Assembly (NCBI GenBank): GCA_009784375.1
Contig: WRBV01000005.1
Span: 12,553-76,552, forward strand
Reading direction: 5' to 3'
DNA length: 64,000 bases
Source: Bacillota bacterium
Lineage (GTDB): Bacteria; Bacillota; Clostridia; Christensenellales; UBA1242
Position numbers and translations under genes: made by a program. Positions within the stretch are counted from its first letter, which is position 1. Each line of letters begins with the position of its first letter. This document shows, piece by piece, positions 44,768 to 53,331 of this stretch. The notes beneath the pieces were generated by a model, which was not told where the DNA came from, ran no database searches, and saw nothing but the letters and a program-made list of their open reading frames with translations.

Positions 44768-46593
44768 TATGCAAGCTCCTCCTTTGATAACTGGGACAAT
44801 GCGATTTCTTTATAGACTTCGTTATTCTTCATAAGCTGGTCATGCGTACCGCTTCCTACAATTTGACCCTTATCAAGAACATAGATTATGTCCGCATCTT
44901 TGATTGTACCAATACGCTGGGCAACGATTAAAACGGTAGCACCCTTAGTTTCTTTTTTAAGTGCAGTACGAAGTTTTCGGTCGGTATTATAGTCAAGAGC
45001 CGAGAACGTATCATCAAATATATAAATCTTTGGACGACGTACCATAACACGGGCAATAGCAAGACGTTGCTTTTGACCACCGCTCAGATTTTTTCCACTT
45101 TGTGAAACTTCGGAATCAATACCTTTCTCTAACTTTGAAACGAACTCCCATGCCTGTGCCGTGCGAAGTGCAATCTCGACATCTTCGTCGCTAACTTCAC
45201 GCACAAGCCGTTCAGAACCATCCTCTCGCTCGCCCGTTTCACCGAACGCAACGTTACTGCGGATTGTACCATTGAATATGGTCGCCGTTTGCGGGATGTA
45301 TCCAACAACGTCGTTAAGGTCACTTAATGCCATGTCACGAACACACACATCGCCTATTGTAATTCTGCCATCGGTTGCATCATAAATTCGCGGCAACAAA
45401 TTCACAAGCGTGCTCTTACCGCTTCCTGTGCCGCCTATGAACGCAACAGTCTTACCAGCAGGTATTTTCAAATTAACACTAGAAAGAACACTCTCTTCGG
45501 CACCTGGGTATCGAAAGCTTACATTCTCGAACGTAATATCGTTGCTCTTTAAATTGCCACAGAACGTACTATCCTCGTTTGCAGCAACCGATGGGTTTGT
45601 ATTCAAGACCTCCATAATTCTTTTACCAGACACCAAACTTCTTGGCAACAATGCAAGCACCATAATCAACATCATGAACGCAAAAATCACTTGAGTTGCA
45701 TAGTTAGAAAACTCGGTCATTGCACCAAAGAACTCGGGATCCGTTTCTCTTCCCGTTGTGAACATCCAACTTCCGACCCAATAAATTGCCACACTTAGAC
45801 CACTTAAAAGCAACATCATAAAAGGCCAAAATATTCCGAATGCACGGTTCACAACAAGGTTGGTCTTTGCAAGATTGGTATTGGCACATTCAAATTTTTC
45901 TTGTTCATATTCACTTGCATTATATGCACGCACAACACGAAGTCCAGTAAGGTTTTCTCGTGACACTTGGTTCAACCTGTCGGTCAAAGTTTGTATCTTG
46001 TTAAACCTTGGCATGACAATAACAATAAGCACGGCAATAAGTGTCACAAGTGCAACCACGGCAACTGCGGCAACAATAGATAACTCGGCACTTACATCCA
46101 ACATCTTTATAATCGCCCATATCGCAATAATAGGCGCACGTACAAGAATCTGTATCGCAAGCACGGTAAACATCTGAACCTGGGTCACATCGTTGGTGCT
46201 TCGTGTAATTAAACTTGCGACCGAGAATTTTTTCATCTCGGCGGTTGAAAATTCACCAACACGCCCAAAGATACGTCTTCGTACCCTTGCCGCATGGCTT
46301 GCCGCAACTACCGCACCAATCCATGCGACTACAATCGCGGACGCCATACTTCCCAACGAAAACAACAACATCCAAAGACCATTCAACCAAATCTCACCAG
46401 AAGACCCAGTTCCATCAATAACCATGTTAGTTACTGTTCCAAAATATTCAGGCACAATCAAATCAAGATATACCCCACCCACGATAAATATAATCGCAAT
46501 GACAATCAAGATCCAATCACGAACCGAAAACATAGTAAAAAGCTTGAACACAAAACACCCCTTAAAAAAATTTAGACCATCCTTGTATGACAA
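44767..46593 (-). CDS. ABC exporter half-transporter (TMD-NBD), degenerate catalytic site
   Basis: GGTGSGKST and LSGGQKQR are canonical. Walker B reads IYIFDDT (Asp replaces the catalytic Glu) and the H-loop reads AQRIGT (His to Gln). Confidence 0.85.
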   Translation of the reverse strand: MSYKDGLNFFKGCFVFKLFTMFSVRDWILIVIAIIFIVGGVYLDLIVPEYFGTVTNMVIDGTGSSGEIWLNGLWMLLFSLGSMASAIVVAWIGAVVAASHAARVRRRIFGRVGEFSTAEMKKFSVASLITRSTNDVTQVQMFTVLAIQILVRAPIIAIWAIIKMLDVSAELSIVAAVAVVALVTLIAVLIVIVMPRFNKIQTLTDRLNQVSRENLTGLRVVRAYNASEYEQEKFECANTNLAKTNLVVNRAFGIFWPFMMLLLSGLSVAIYWVGSWMFTTGRETDPEFFGAMTEFSNYATQVIFAFMMLIMVLALLPRSLVSGKRIMEVLNTNPSVAANEDSTFCGNLKSNDITFENVSFRYPGAEESVLSSVNLKIPAGKTVAFIGGTGSGKSTLVNLLPRIYDATDGRITIGDVCVRDMALSDLNDVVGYIPQTATIFNGTIRSNVAFGETGEREDGSERLVREVSDEDVEIALRTAQAWEFVSKLEKGIDSEVSQSGKNLSGGQKQRLAIARVMVRRPKIYIFDDTFSALDYNTDRKLRTALKKETKGATVLIVAQRIGTIKDADIIYVLDKGQIVGSGTHDQLMKNNEVYKEIALSQLSKEELA

Positions 46594-46648
46594 TTATTCA
46601 CATAGGTATATATATTACACGAGTATATAAATATGGTCAACCATGATT

Positions 46649-46676
46649 AAAAATTAAAATGCAACCAAGCGTTGCA
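46649..46676 (-). terminator. rho-independent terminator after 46688..47245
   Basis: Minus strand TGCAAC-GCTTG-GTTGCA followed by a T-rich run. Confidence 0.55.
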
Positions 46677-46687
46677 CTTTCTAAAAT

Positions 46688-47245
46688 TCAAGCAATAATT
46701 ATCCCACCATCGTTATCACAATCCCAAGCAATCGGTTCATATATTGAAAATGCAATTGTTCGCGTAAAGAGGCTGCCACTTGTTCGACGAACGGTGATTG
46801 TTATTTCGAGTACCGCTTCACTTTGAGTATGTATTGTAAATGGAAAAAAAGTAATCCGTGCGGCATCTTGGTCATTGATTGTCCAATTAACAATGGCGTC
46901 CTCGGTATCTATATTAATAACATTTGTGATTGTTGCCCCTGCCCTGACAATTTCTGGAAGAGAAAGTACTTGAAACACCGTCGTACTTCCAAGCCCAGTC
47001 GGCAATGTTCCGTCTGGTCGGGTCTCAGGCTCGCGGTGATTGTTTGACGAATCACCAAAATCTGGTCCAGGATTAGACGCAACACCCCCTCCACCAACTG
47101 GAACATTATTTGCGTTTGATCCAATTGTTGGGACAATAATTAATGTCAACGCACCAATAATACATGCGAATAAAATAAATAGGCCCTTTGATTTCTTTAA
47201 CGAAAGCCCTTTGAAAAATTTGCTGAATTTTGTCGACTTATGCAT
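46688..47245 (-). CDS. N-terminally anchored secreted hypothetical protein (185 aa)
   Basis: Signal-anchor LFILFACIIGALTLIIV, then a Gly/Pro-rich linker and a beta-rich C-terminal domain. Confidence 0.55.
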   Translation of the reverse strand: MHKSTKFSKFFKGLSLKKSKGLFILFACIIGALTLIIVPTIGSNANNVPVGGGGVASNPGPDFGDSSNNHREPETRPDGTLPTGLGSTTVFQVLSLPEIVRAGATITNVINIDTEDAIVNWTINDQDAARITFFPFTIHTQSEAVLEITITVRRTSGSLFTRTIAFSIYEPIAWDCDNDGGIIIA

Positions 47246-47299
47246 ATGCAGATATTATAACAGATTTTAAACAATGCGCAAGTGGTTTTTGTGGATTTT

Positions 47300-47610
47300 T
47301 TAAGAAGACCACTTTAAAGACAGGTAGTATAAATTCTCTAACCCTCCTGTCAGCTAGTCATTAAGTGACTACTCCCTATCAGTCATCCTAACTTACACTC
47401 GTAATTGCGAGAACTACTCTCAAAAGACAACCTGGTCACGTCATCCCGACTGAAGTACACGAAGTACCGAAGCAAGGAGCTTATACCCGTCATTGCGCTT
47501 GCTTTCTGCTGTGATGTTCACGCTTCGGTCGAGATGGGTTGGTTAAATTTTTCTCGATTGATCGGGATGACAGGAAGGGGTTAGCTCGACATTCGCCACT
47601 TCGGGATAAC
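47300..47610. repeat. cluster of degenerate REP-like (GTCATCC...) palindromic units
   Basis: Contains CACGTCATCCCGACTGAAG, CCGTCATTGCG, the inverted GATCGGGATGAC, and hairpins GACAGG...CCTGTC and AGTCA-TTAAG-TGACT. Confidence 0.5.
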
Positions 47611-47614
47611 GCAA

Positions 47615-47650
47615 ACAAAAACCCCGTTTCCGAGGTTTTGTTTTTCTTTT
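47615..47650 (-). terminator. terminator after the pilin-like gene pair
   Basis: Minus strand AAAACCUCGGAAACGGGGUUUU followed by a U-rich run, 16 nt after the stop at 47666. Confidence 0.55.
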
Positions 47651-47665
47651 GTATTGGTTGATGTG

Positions 47666-48019
47666 CTACCAAATTTCGCCTGTGCCGCCGCTGTTATCAG
47701 GTGGACCTGGTGGACCGTCTGATCCGCCACCCCATTCAATCATTCCATCAAGTTGCGTGAACACCATGATTAACGAGAATGTTATAATAACCGCCATGAT
47801 TGCCCAAACGATTCGTAATTTTGCTTGTTTACGCGAATTCTCGTCTGTAGCGGTTGCCAATTTGACACCCAAATATATCGCATATACCACAGCCAACGCA
47901 CCAACAATGATCAATGCAATTCCAACCATATCCCAAGCATGATCACCAATCCATTCGGCAATTGCCTGGATTGGTCCATACCGCTCTGGGATATCATCAT
48001 TATTAAGCAAATTTATCAT
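47666..48019 (-). CDS. T4SS pilin-like (TrbC/VirB2-like) small membrane protein, paralog 1
   Basis: Two TM helices joined by the loop ATATDENSRKQAKLRIVW. Gly/Pro-rich C-terminal tail. Confidence 0.55.
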   Translation of the reverse strand: MINLLNNDDIPERYGPIQAIAEWIGDHAWDMVGIALIIVGALAVVYAIYLGVKLATATDENSRKQAKLRIVWAIMAVIITFSLIMVFTQLDGMIEWGGGSDGPPGPPDNSGGTGEIW

Positions 48020-48046
48020 CTTTTGTCCCCAAGTTTACGATATTTA

Positions 48047-48355
48047 TCAATCTGTTTGTGCTGGGAACACAATATAGAAGACAGATACCATAGCAAATAC
48101 CACGATAACCGCAATAATTGCCCAAATAAGTTGTGCCTTTGCTTCTTTACGCTTTGACTCGTCCTGTGCAGTCGCAAGACGTACACCAAGCCAAATTGCA
48201 AGCAACGCCGCAAGCGATCCAACAACAATAAGAATTGGGTTAACAATACCTCGAATTGCCCCTGCTAAGTCGTTCGCCACATCTCCAGGCGGACGTCCAG
48301 GTGCTTCACTATTTATCAACCATTGACCCAATCTAGCCATTAAATTCCCCATCAA
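48047..48355 (-). CDS. T4SS pilin-like (TrbC/VirB2-like) small membrane protein, paralog 2
   Basis: Same layout, with loop ATAQDESKRKEAKAQLIW. AAAGGAGG RBS. 27-nt gap to paralog 1. Confidence 0.55.
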   Translation of the reverse strand: MMGNLMARLGQWLINSEAPGRPPGDVANDLAGAIRGIVNPILIVVGSLAALLAIWLGVRLATAQDESKRKEAKAQLIWAIIAVIVVFAMVSVFYIVFPAQTD

Positions 48356-48510
48356 AGAATTTCCTCCTTTGTTTTTTTATTTTTTGCAAATCGTGGGATT
48401 TTATGCAAAATATTATACTCTATATTTACTATATTAAAAATTCTATGTCAAACGTTTTTTACAAGGTTTTTGAACTTGTGCCACTTGTAAAGTGCACCAC
48501 AATGTTTAAT

Positions 48511-48583
48511 CCGCTTCGCCAGTCCTTCGACTCCCTCGTAAACTTGGTCACAACTTCGTGCGCTTCGCGTTCAGGATGACATC
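48511..48583. repeat. REP-like element overlapping the recN 3' end
   Basis: Its reverse complement GTCATCCTGAACGCGAAGCGCACGAAG...ACGAGGGAGTCGAAGGACTGGCGAAGCGG matches the 11059-11112 arm. Confidence 0.6.
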
Positions 48584-50235
48584 ACCAAACTACGTGCAAA
48601 TTCGAGTGCATTTTTTTCTTCGCCGCCAATCATGCGAGCAATTTCGGCAAGCCGAGCTTCTTTATTTAATGGATATACCGTGGTTGCTGTGCGATCATTT
48701 TGTTCCATCTTCTTAATAAGGAAATGTGTATTTGCTTGGGCAGCAACTTGGGCAAGATGAGTCACACATATAATTTGAGAATGACGCGAAAGATGTGCCA
48801 TTTTATTCCCAATTTTCGTCCCCATATTTCCACCGATACCAGTATCTATTTCATCAAATATCATTGTGCCGATTTTATCATTTTCGGCAATCAAGGTTTT
48901 CAGGGCAAGCATAAATCGGCTCATTTCTCCCCCACTTATAATACTTGCAAGTGGTCGCAATGGTTCGCCAATGTTTGCGCTGAACAAAAATTCTATGTCG
49001 TCGATGCCATCTGGTTTGAATGACGATTCTTTAAATTCAACTTTGAACTTTGTTGACTTCATTTCAAGGTCAGTTAATTGTTCGATAATCTTGGTTTCTA
49101 AATCGGTTGCAACTTCTCTTCGTGCATTCGATAAATTGGTTCCATGTTCTTTCAATAATACAAGCGACTTGCTTATTCCTGTTTTAGTCTTTTCAACTTC
49201 TTGTTCGTTCGAGACAAGTTTATTTAAATCTGATTTAGTTTTTTCAAGGTATTCGTGAATTGCCTCGATGCTGTTGCCGTATTTTCTTTTTAATGCTTTG
49301 ATTTCATCAAGTCGAGAGTCTACGTACGCAAATTCCTCGGCGTCCATTTCCATCGAATCGAAATAAGATGAAAGCTCGCCCTCTACATCAGCAAGTGCAT
49401 ATTGTACATTGGATAATTCATCATACAGCTTTTCCAGCTTTGTATCAAAGTTTGAAATACCGCCAAGACCACTTAATGCGTTTTTTAATAATGATGTTGC
49501 TCCACCCTCGTCGCCCGATAAATTTGCAATTGACATTGACAGTCCATTTGCAATCTTTTCAAAGTTTTGAAACTTTGTTTTCTTTTCTTGTAATTCTTCG
49601 TCTTCACCAATTTGCAAGTTGGCATTTTCTATTTCGCTAATTTGAAAAGTATAAAGATCAATTTGACGCGCTCGCTCGGACTCATCGCCGCCAAGACTTT
49701 TTAACTGGGCTTCAAGTGACTTCCAATTATCGTATTCACCGCGATATATAGAAGCAAGTGCAGATATCCTGCCACCACCATACATATCAAGGATATTAAG
49801 ATGATTTTTTACTCGCAGCACGGTTTCTGTATCATGTTGACCATGTATATGGATAAGAGAATTTGCAACTTCTTTTAATACAGACGTAGTTACTGGGGAT
49901 GAATTAATACGGCATTCGGTTTTACCATCCGCCTTTAGCGTTCGCGAGATTATTACCGTGCCATCATCTATATCTATTCCGCATATTTCGTTAATTCTAC
50001 TTCCAAGATTTTCATCCACCGAAAACACCGCATCTACAGAAGCCTTTGCCGTGCCCGTTCTTATCATATTCTTGTTTAATTTGTCGCCCAAGATAAAATT
50101 CAGACTTCCCAAGATGATACTCTTTCCCGCACCCGTTTCTCCTGACAACACATTAAAATTCGGACCGAATTCAATTTCAACCTCGGGTATAAGTGCGATG
50201 TTTTGAATCTTTAGCGATACTAACATAATCCCCAT
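48571..50235 (-). CDS. recN: DNA repair protein RecN
   Basis: N-terminal LSGETGAGKSI Walker A, long coiled-coil, and C-terminal SGGE...IFDEIDTGIGG. Start chosen at MGIMLVSLKIQNIAL; the track ORF extends to 50322. Confidence 0.9.
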   Translation of the reverse strand: MGIMLVSLKIQNIALIPEVEIEFGPNFNVLSGETGAGKSIILGSLNFILGDKLNKNMIRTGTAKASVDAVFSVDENLGSRINEICGIDIDDGTVIISRTLKADGKTECRINSSPVTTSVLKEVANSLIHIHGQHDTETVLRVKNHLNILDMYGGGRISALASIYRGEYDNWKSLEAQLKSLGGDESERARQIDLYTFQISEIENANLQIGEDEELQEKKTKFQNFEKIANGLSMSIANLSGDEGGATSLLKNALSGLGGISNFDTKLEKLYDELSNVQYALADVEGELSSYFDSMEMDAEEFAYVDSRLDEIKALKRKYGNSIEAIHEYLEKTKSDLNKLVSNEQEVEKTKTGISKSLVLLKEHGTNLSNARREVATDLETKIIEQLTDLEMKSTKFKVEFKESSFKPDGIDDIEFLFSANIGEPLRPLASIISGGEMSRFMLALKTLIAENDKIGTMIFDEIDTGIGGNMGTKIGNKMAHLSRHSQIICVTHLAQVAAQANTHFLIKKMEQNDRTATTVYPLNKEARLAEIARMIGGEEKNALEFARSLVMSS

Positions 50236-50414
50236 TTTACCACAGTTATTAAAATCGTGTCGACTATAAAAACCTGTGTATTGTGTTGTGTGTCGCATAC
50301 CATACTTCATGTTGTGTATCATGCGTTAAACAACTTGAATTGCCTCATCATAATCTGCATATTTATAGTAGTTATGTAAAAATCTACTTGATTTCGTTAA
50401 AAGGCGGTGATATA

Positions 50415-50696
50415 ATGTCCTTTGTAATGAATATAAAAGAAGTCATCGAAGAAATCAGGAAAGCAGAGTGCAATGCTGAAGATATCCAGCAGAAATCGGC
50501 ACAAGACGTTTCAGTTGTGAACAAAGATATTGGTGAACAGATTGCTAAATTGCAATCCGATTCATCTGATATTAATAAAAATGCCAAGACTCTGGCAACA
50601 GAGACAAAAGTTGAACCTGTCAAGGTTGACAAAGCAACAATGACCAAAGCGAATGCTTTTGTGATGAAATCATTCAATGCGAGGTGGGCAGAATGA
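50415..50696 (+). CDS. small coiled-coil protein, probable V-ATPase peripheral-stalk subunit (G/NtpF-like)
   Basis: First gene of the operon. Its stop overlaps the subunit I start (ATGA). The position matches ntpF in the Enterococcus hirae ntp operon. Confidence 0.45.
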   Translation: MSFVMNIKEVIEEIRKAECNAEDIQQKSAQDVSVVNKDIGEQIAKLQSDSSDINKNAKTLATETKVEPVKVDKATMTKANAFVMKSFNARWAE

Positions 50697-52756
50697 AAAA
50701 TAAAATGCGTAAGATATCGGTACAAGGAAGCCTGGACGAACTCCGTACTATCATAGAAGAACTTAAAAAAACCCAAGCCTTCGAGGTTTCATCTTTCAAG
50801 CGTGACAAAAACGATGATGTAGAAAGTTCGCTTATTGAAGACTACTCTACTCTTCTTGCAAGAATAAATGCCGTGTTAGAATTTTCAAGGCAATCCGAAG
50901 TTGACTTTGCCGATGTATTGAAAAAGTTCAAGAAAAATCATCCAGCCGATACAACGTTTGATGCCGCAAAACAAATTTCAAACAAATCACTATACAACAG
51001 CATCGAGGACCTCGGCTTTGATGAGCTAAAGGCACTTGAAAAACGTAAAGACGAAGTCATGGCAATTATCGAGCGTATGGAAACGGCTTCTGCTCGTCAT
51101 TTCGAGATTAAGGCTTTGATTGAAAAGAATAAACAAACCATAAAGGAACTTGAACCTTTCTTGAACTTGGATGTTCCATTTTCTGACCTTACTGGTACCA
51201 CCTCTACTTTTGTAAAGTATGGAACTATCCCTACGCTTCAACTTGAAAAATTTAAAGAAGACTTTGATCTTGATAATTTTGTTATATCTGAATTCGCAAC
51301 TGGTGGATCAGAACTTGGTGTTGTTATAATTGGACACAAACATGACCTTGAAATGATTGAAGTTATTTCAAACTATCAATTTACACAATTTAACTTTGAT
51401 TTCGATAGGACTGCAAAAGACCAAACAAAGTTCTTGAATGAAAAGAACTACACAACTGAAAAAGAACTTGTCCAGATATTATTGTCTGCCCCACTTTCTG
51501 CCGAAGAGATTGTATTGCTTAAGCAATTCTATGATTACATAAAAAATGAAATTGATACCGAAAGCATCCTTAATGGAACAATCAAAACCCGAGACTATTA
51601 TGTTTTAAATGGTTGGGTACTTGATTCTGCAAAAAAAAAAATAATAGCGTTAATACTGGCGATTAATCCAAGAACAAGGATAAAATTTGGACGTACGGTT
51701 ACACTTGATACCCCACCTTCTCATATTGTTAATACACGAGTAATCGCGCCATATCAAGAAGTTACAAACATGTATGGTGCACCAGGCAAGCATGACCTTG
51801 ACCCTAACCCGTTTGTTGCATTTTTCTACTTTTTGTTTTTCGGGCTTATGATTGGTGACATTGGCTATGGTCTTGTTATGATTGCACTTACAACTGCTGT
51901 TCTGCTTTGGAAAAAGCCCCGTGGTGGTGCAAAAAATCTTATTCTTATTGTTCTTATGGGTGGTGTTTCTGCCGTCCTTTGGGGATTATTCTTTGGAGGG
52001 TTTTTTGGGTTCGGAAACGAAGACTTTCGACTTATCCCATCCCCTGTTATGAGTCCAATTGATGATGCTATGAACCTGTTGATGCTTGCAATGGCTCTTG
52101 GTGTGTTGCATGTTGTTACTGGTATCGTTTTAAAATTTGCAAATATGATAAGACTTGGTCGTCCTATGGACGCGGTCTGTGATGCGGGTTTCCGTTTGAT
52201 TTTCTTTACTGGTGTGTTACTTGCAATTCCTGGATTTGTTTTCGACATTAACCTTCTTATGCAAATTGGTATTTGGGTTGCCGTTGGTGGTATCGGTCTT
52301 GTTGCAATTACTGCGGGTCGAAAGGCAAAAGGTTTCGGAAAAGTATCTGGTGGTTTTGGTGGTGTTTACGGATTTATTAATTACTTCACAGACATCCTAA
52401 GTTACGCACGTTTGTTCGGTCTTTCTCTTGTCGGTGCGGTTATTGCTGTTGTTGCTAACACAATGGGTGGTATGTTCATGGGAAGTATTTGGACAATTCC
52501 AATTGGTCTTCTTATCGCTGTACTCTTCCATACATTTAACCTTGGTCTTTGTATCTTGTCCGCTTATATTCACAACGCACGTCTTCAGTTCATCGAATTC
52601 TTTTCAAAGTTCTATGATGGTGACGGTACGGTATTTAAGCCCGCAGGAAGCAATCTTCGCTTTGTAAAAATTCGTTCAAATCTTGACACCGTTCAAGTAA
52701 TTGAAACCGAATTATCCCAGATGCCGAATATAAAAATTGCGTCTATGGCGCACTAG
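50693..52756 (+). CDS. ntpI: V-type ATPase subunit I (a-subunit)
   Basis: About 687 aa with a soluble N-terminal half and a polytopic C-terminal half that has a conserved Arg-containing helix (SYARLFGL). Confidence 0.85.
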   Translation: MKNKMRKISVQGSLDELRTIIEELKKTQAFEVSSFKRDKNDDVESSLIEDYSTLLARINAVLEFSRQSEVDFADVLKKFKKNHPADTTFDAAKQISNKSLYNSIEDLGFDELKALEKRKDEVMAIIERMETASARHFEIKALIEKNKQTIKELEPFLNLDVPFSDLTGTTSTFVKYGTIPTLQLEKFKEDFDLDNFVISEFATGGSELGVVIIGHKHDLEMIEVISNYQFTQFNFDFDRTAKDQTKFLNEKNYTTEKELVQILLSAPLSAEEIVLLKQFYDYIKNEIDTESILNGTIKTRDYYVLNGWVLDSAKKKIIALILAINPRTRIKFGRTVTLDTPPSHIVNTRVIAPYQEVTNMYGAPGKHDLDPNPFVAFFYFLFFGLMIGDIGYGLVMIALTTAVLLWKKPRGGAKNLILIVLMGGVSAVLWGLFFGGFFGFGNEDFRLIPSPVMSPIDDAMNLLMLAMALGVLHVVTGIVLKFANMIRLGRPMDAVCDAGFRLIFFTGVLLAIPGFVFDINLLMQIGIWVAVGGIGLVAITAGRKAKGFGKVSGGFGGVYGFINYFTDILSYARLFGLSLVGAVIAVVANTMGGMFMGSIWTIPIGLLIAVLFHTFNLGLCILSAYIHNARLQFIEFFSKFYDGDGTVFKPAGSNLRFVKIRSNLDTVQVIETELSQMPNIKIASMAH

Positions 52757-52760
52757 GACG

Positions 52761-52790
52761 AGAAATCTCGCAGCTAAGTCTGCGATTTCT
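52761..52790 (+). other. intercistronic stem-loop between subunit I and K genes
   Basis: AGAAATC(T)CGCAG-CTAAGT-CTGCGATTTCT, with no following T-run. Confidence 0.35.
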
Positions 52791-52822
52791 AAATATATTT
52801 TAATCTTTAGGAGGAAAAAATA

Positions 52823-53296
52823 ATGATTGAAGAACTTGGCAATGTATTTGCTATGTTAGGAGCAGCACTTGCGGTCATCCTGACAGGAACTGGGAGTGCT
52901 ATTGGTATGTCCTGGGTACAACAAGCGGCGGCAGGACTTACCGCGGAACAACCAGAAAAGTTTGGTAAAACACTTATTCTACAGTTGATTCCATCATCTG
53001 CGGCACTTTATGGTTTCGTTGTAGCGTTCCTTGTTATGATGCAGGCTGTTCTTGGTGACGGTGCTGGTTACACTTTTAGCGAAGGGTTAATCATACTTGT
53101 TGCGTGTTTGCCTATTGCTGGTGTTGGTTTGTTTGCAACACTTGGTCAAGCAAAAGTCTGTGTTGCCGGTGTACGTATCGTCGGAAAGCGTGTTGAACTT
53201 ACTGGTCGTGCTATAACTATGTCGGTGTTTATCGAGCTTTTCACATTGTTCGCACTTATCGTTTCTGTGCTTACTGTTTTCTCGGTCGGCGGTTAA
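52823..53296 (+). CDS. ntpK: V-type ATPase proteolipid subunit K
   Basis: 157 aa, four TM helices. QPEKFGKTLILQLIP... aligns with E. hirae NtpK. The conserved carboxylate is in FIELF. Confidence 0.9.
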   Translation: MIEELGNVFAMLGAALAVILTGTGSAIGMSWVQQAAAGLTAEQPEKFGKTLILQLIPSSAALYGFVVAFLVMMQAVLGDGAGYTFSEGLIILVACLPIAGVGLFATLGQAKVCVAGVRIVGKRVELTGRAITMSVFIELFTLFALIVSVLTVFSVGG

Positions 53297-53331
53297 TTTA
53301 CAAAATACCGAATTAATTCGGAAGGAGTTTC

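Noticed and set aside
47246-47665. Housekeeping structured RNA (RNase P RNA, tmRNA, SRP RNA or 6S RNA) in the 420-nt gap
   Set aside because: None of the signature motifs I know is present on either strand: GAGGAAAGUCC for RNase P, GGAAGCAGCC for SRP domain IV, or a tRNA-like ...CCACCA end with a tag ORF for tmRNA. The region is explained by repeat units.
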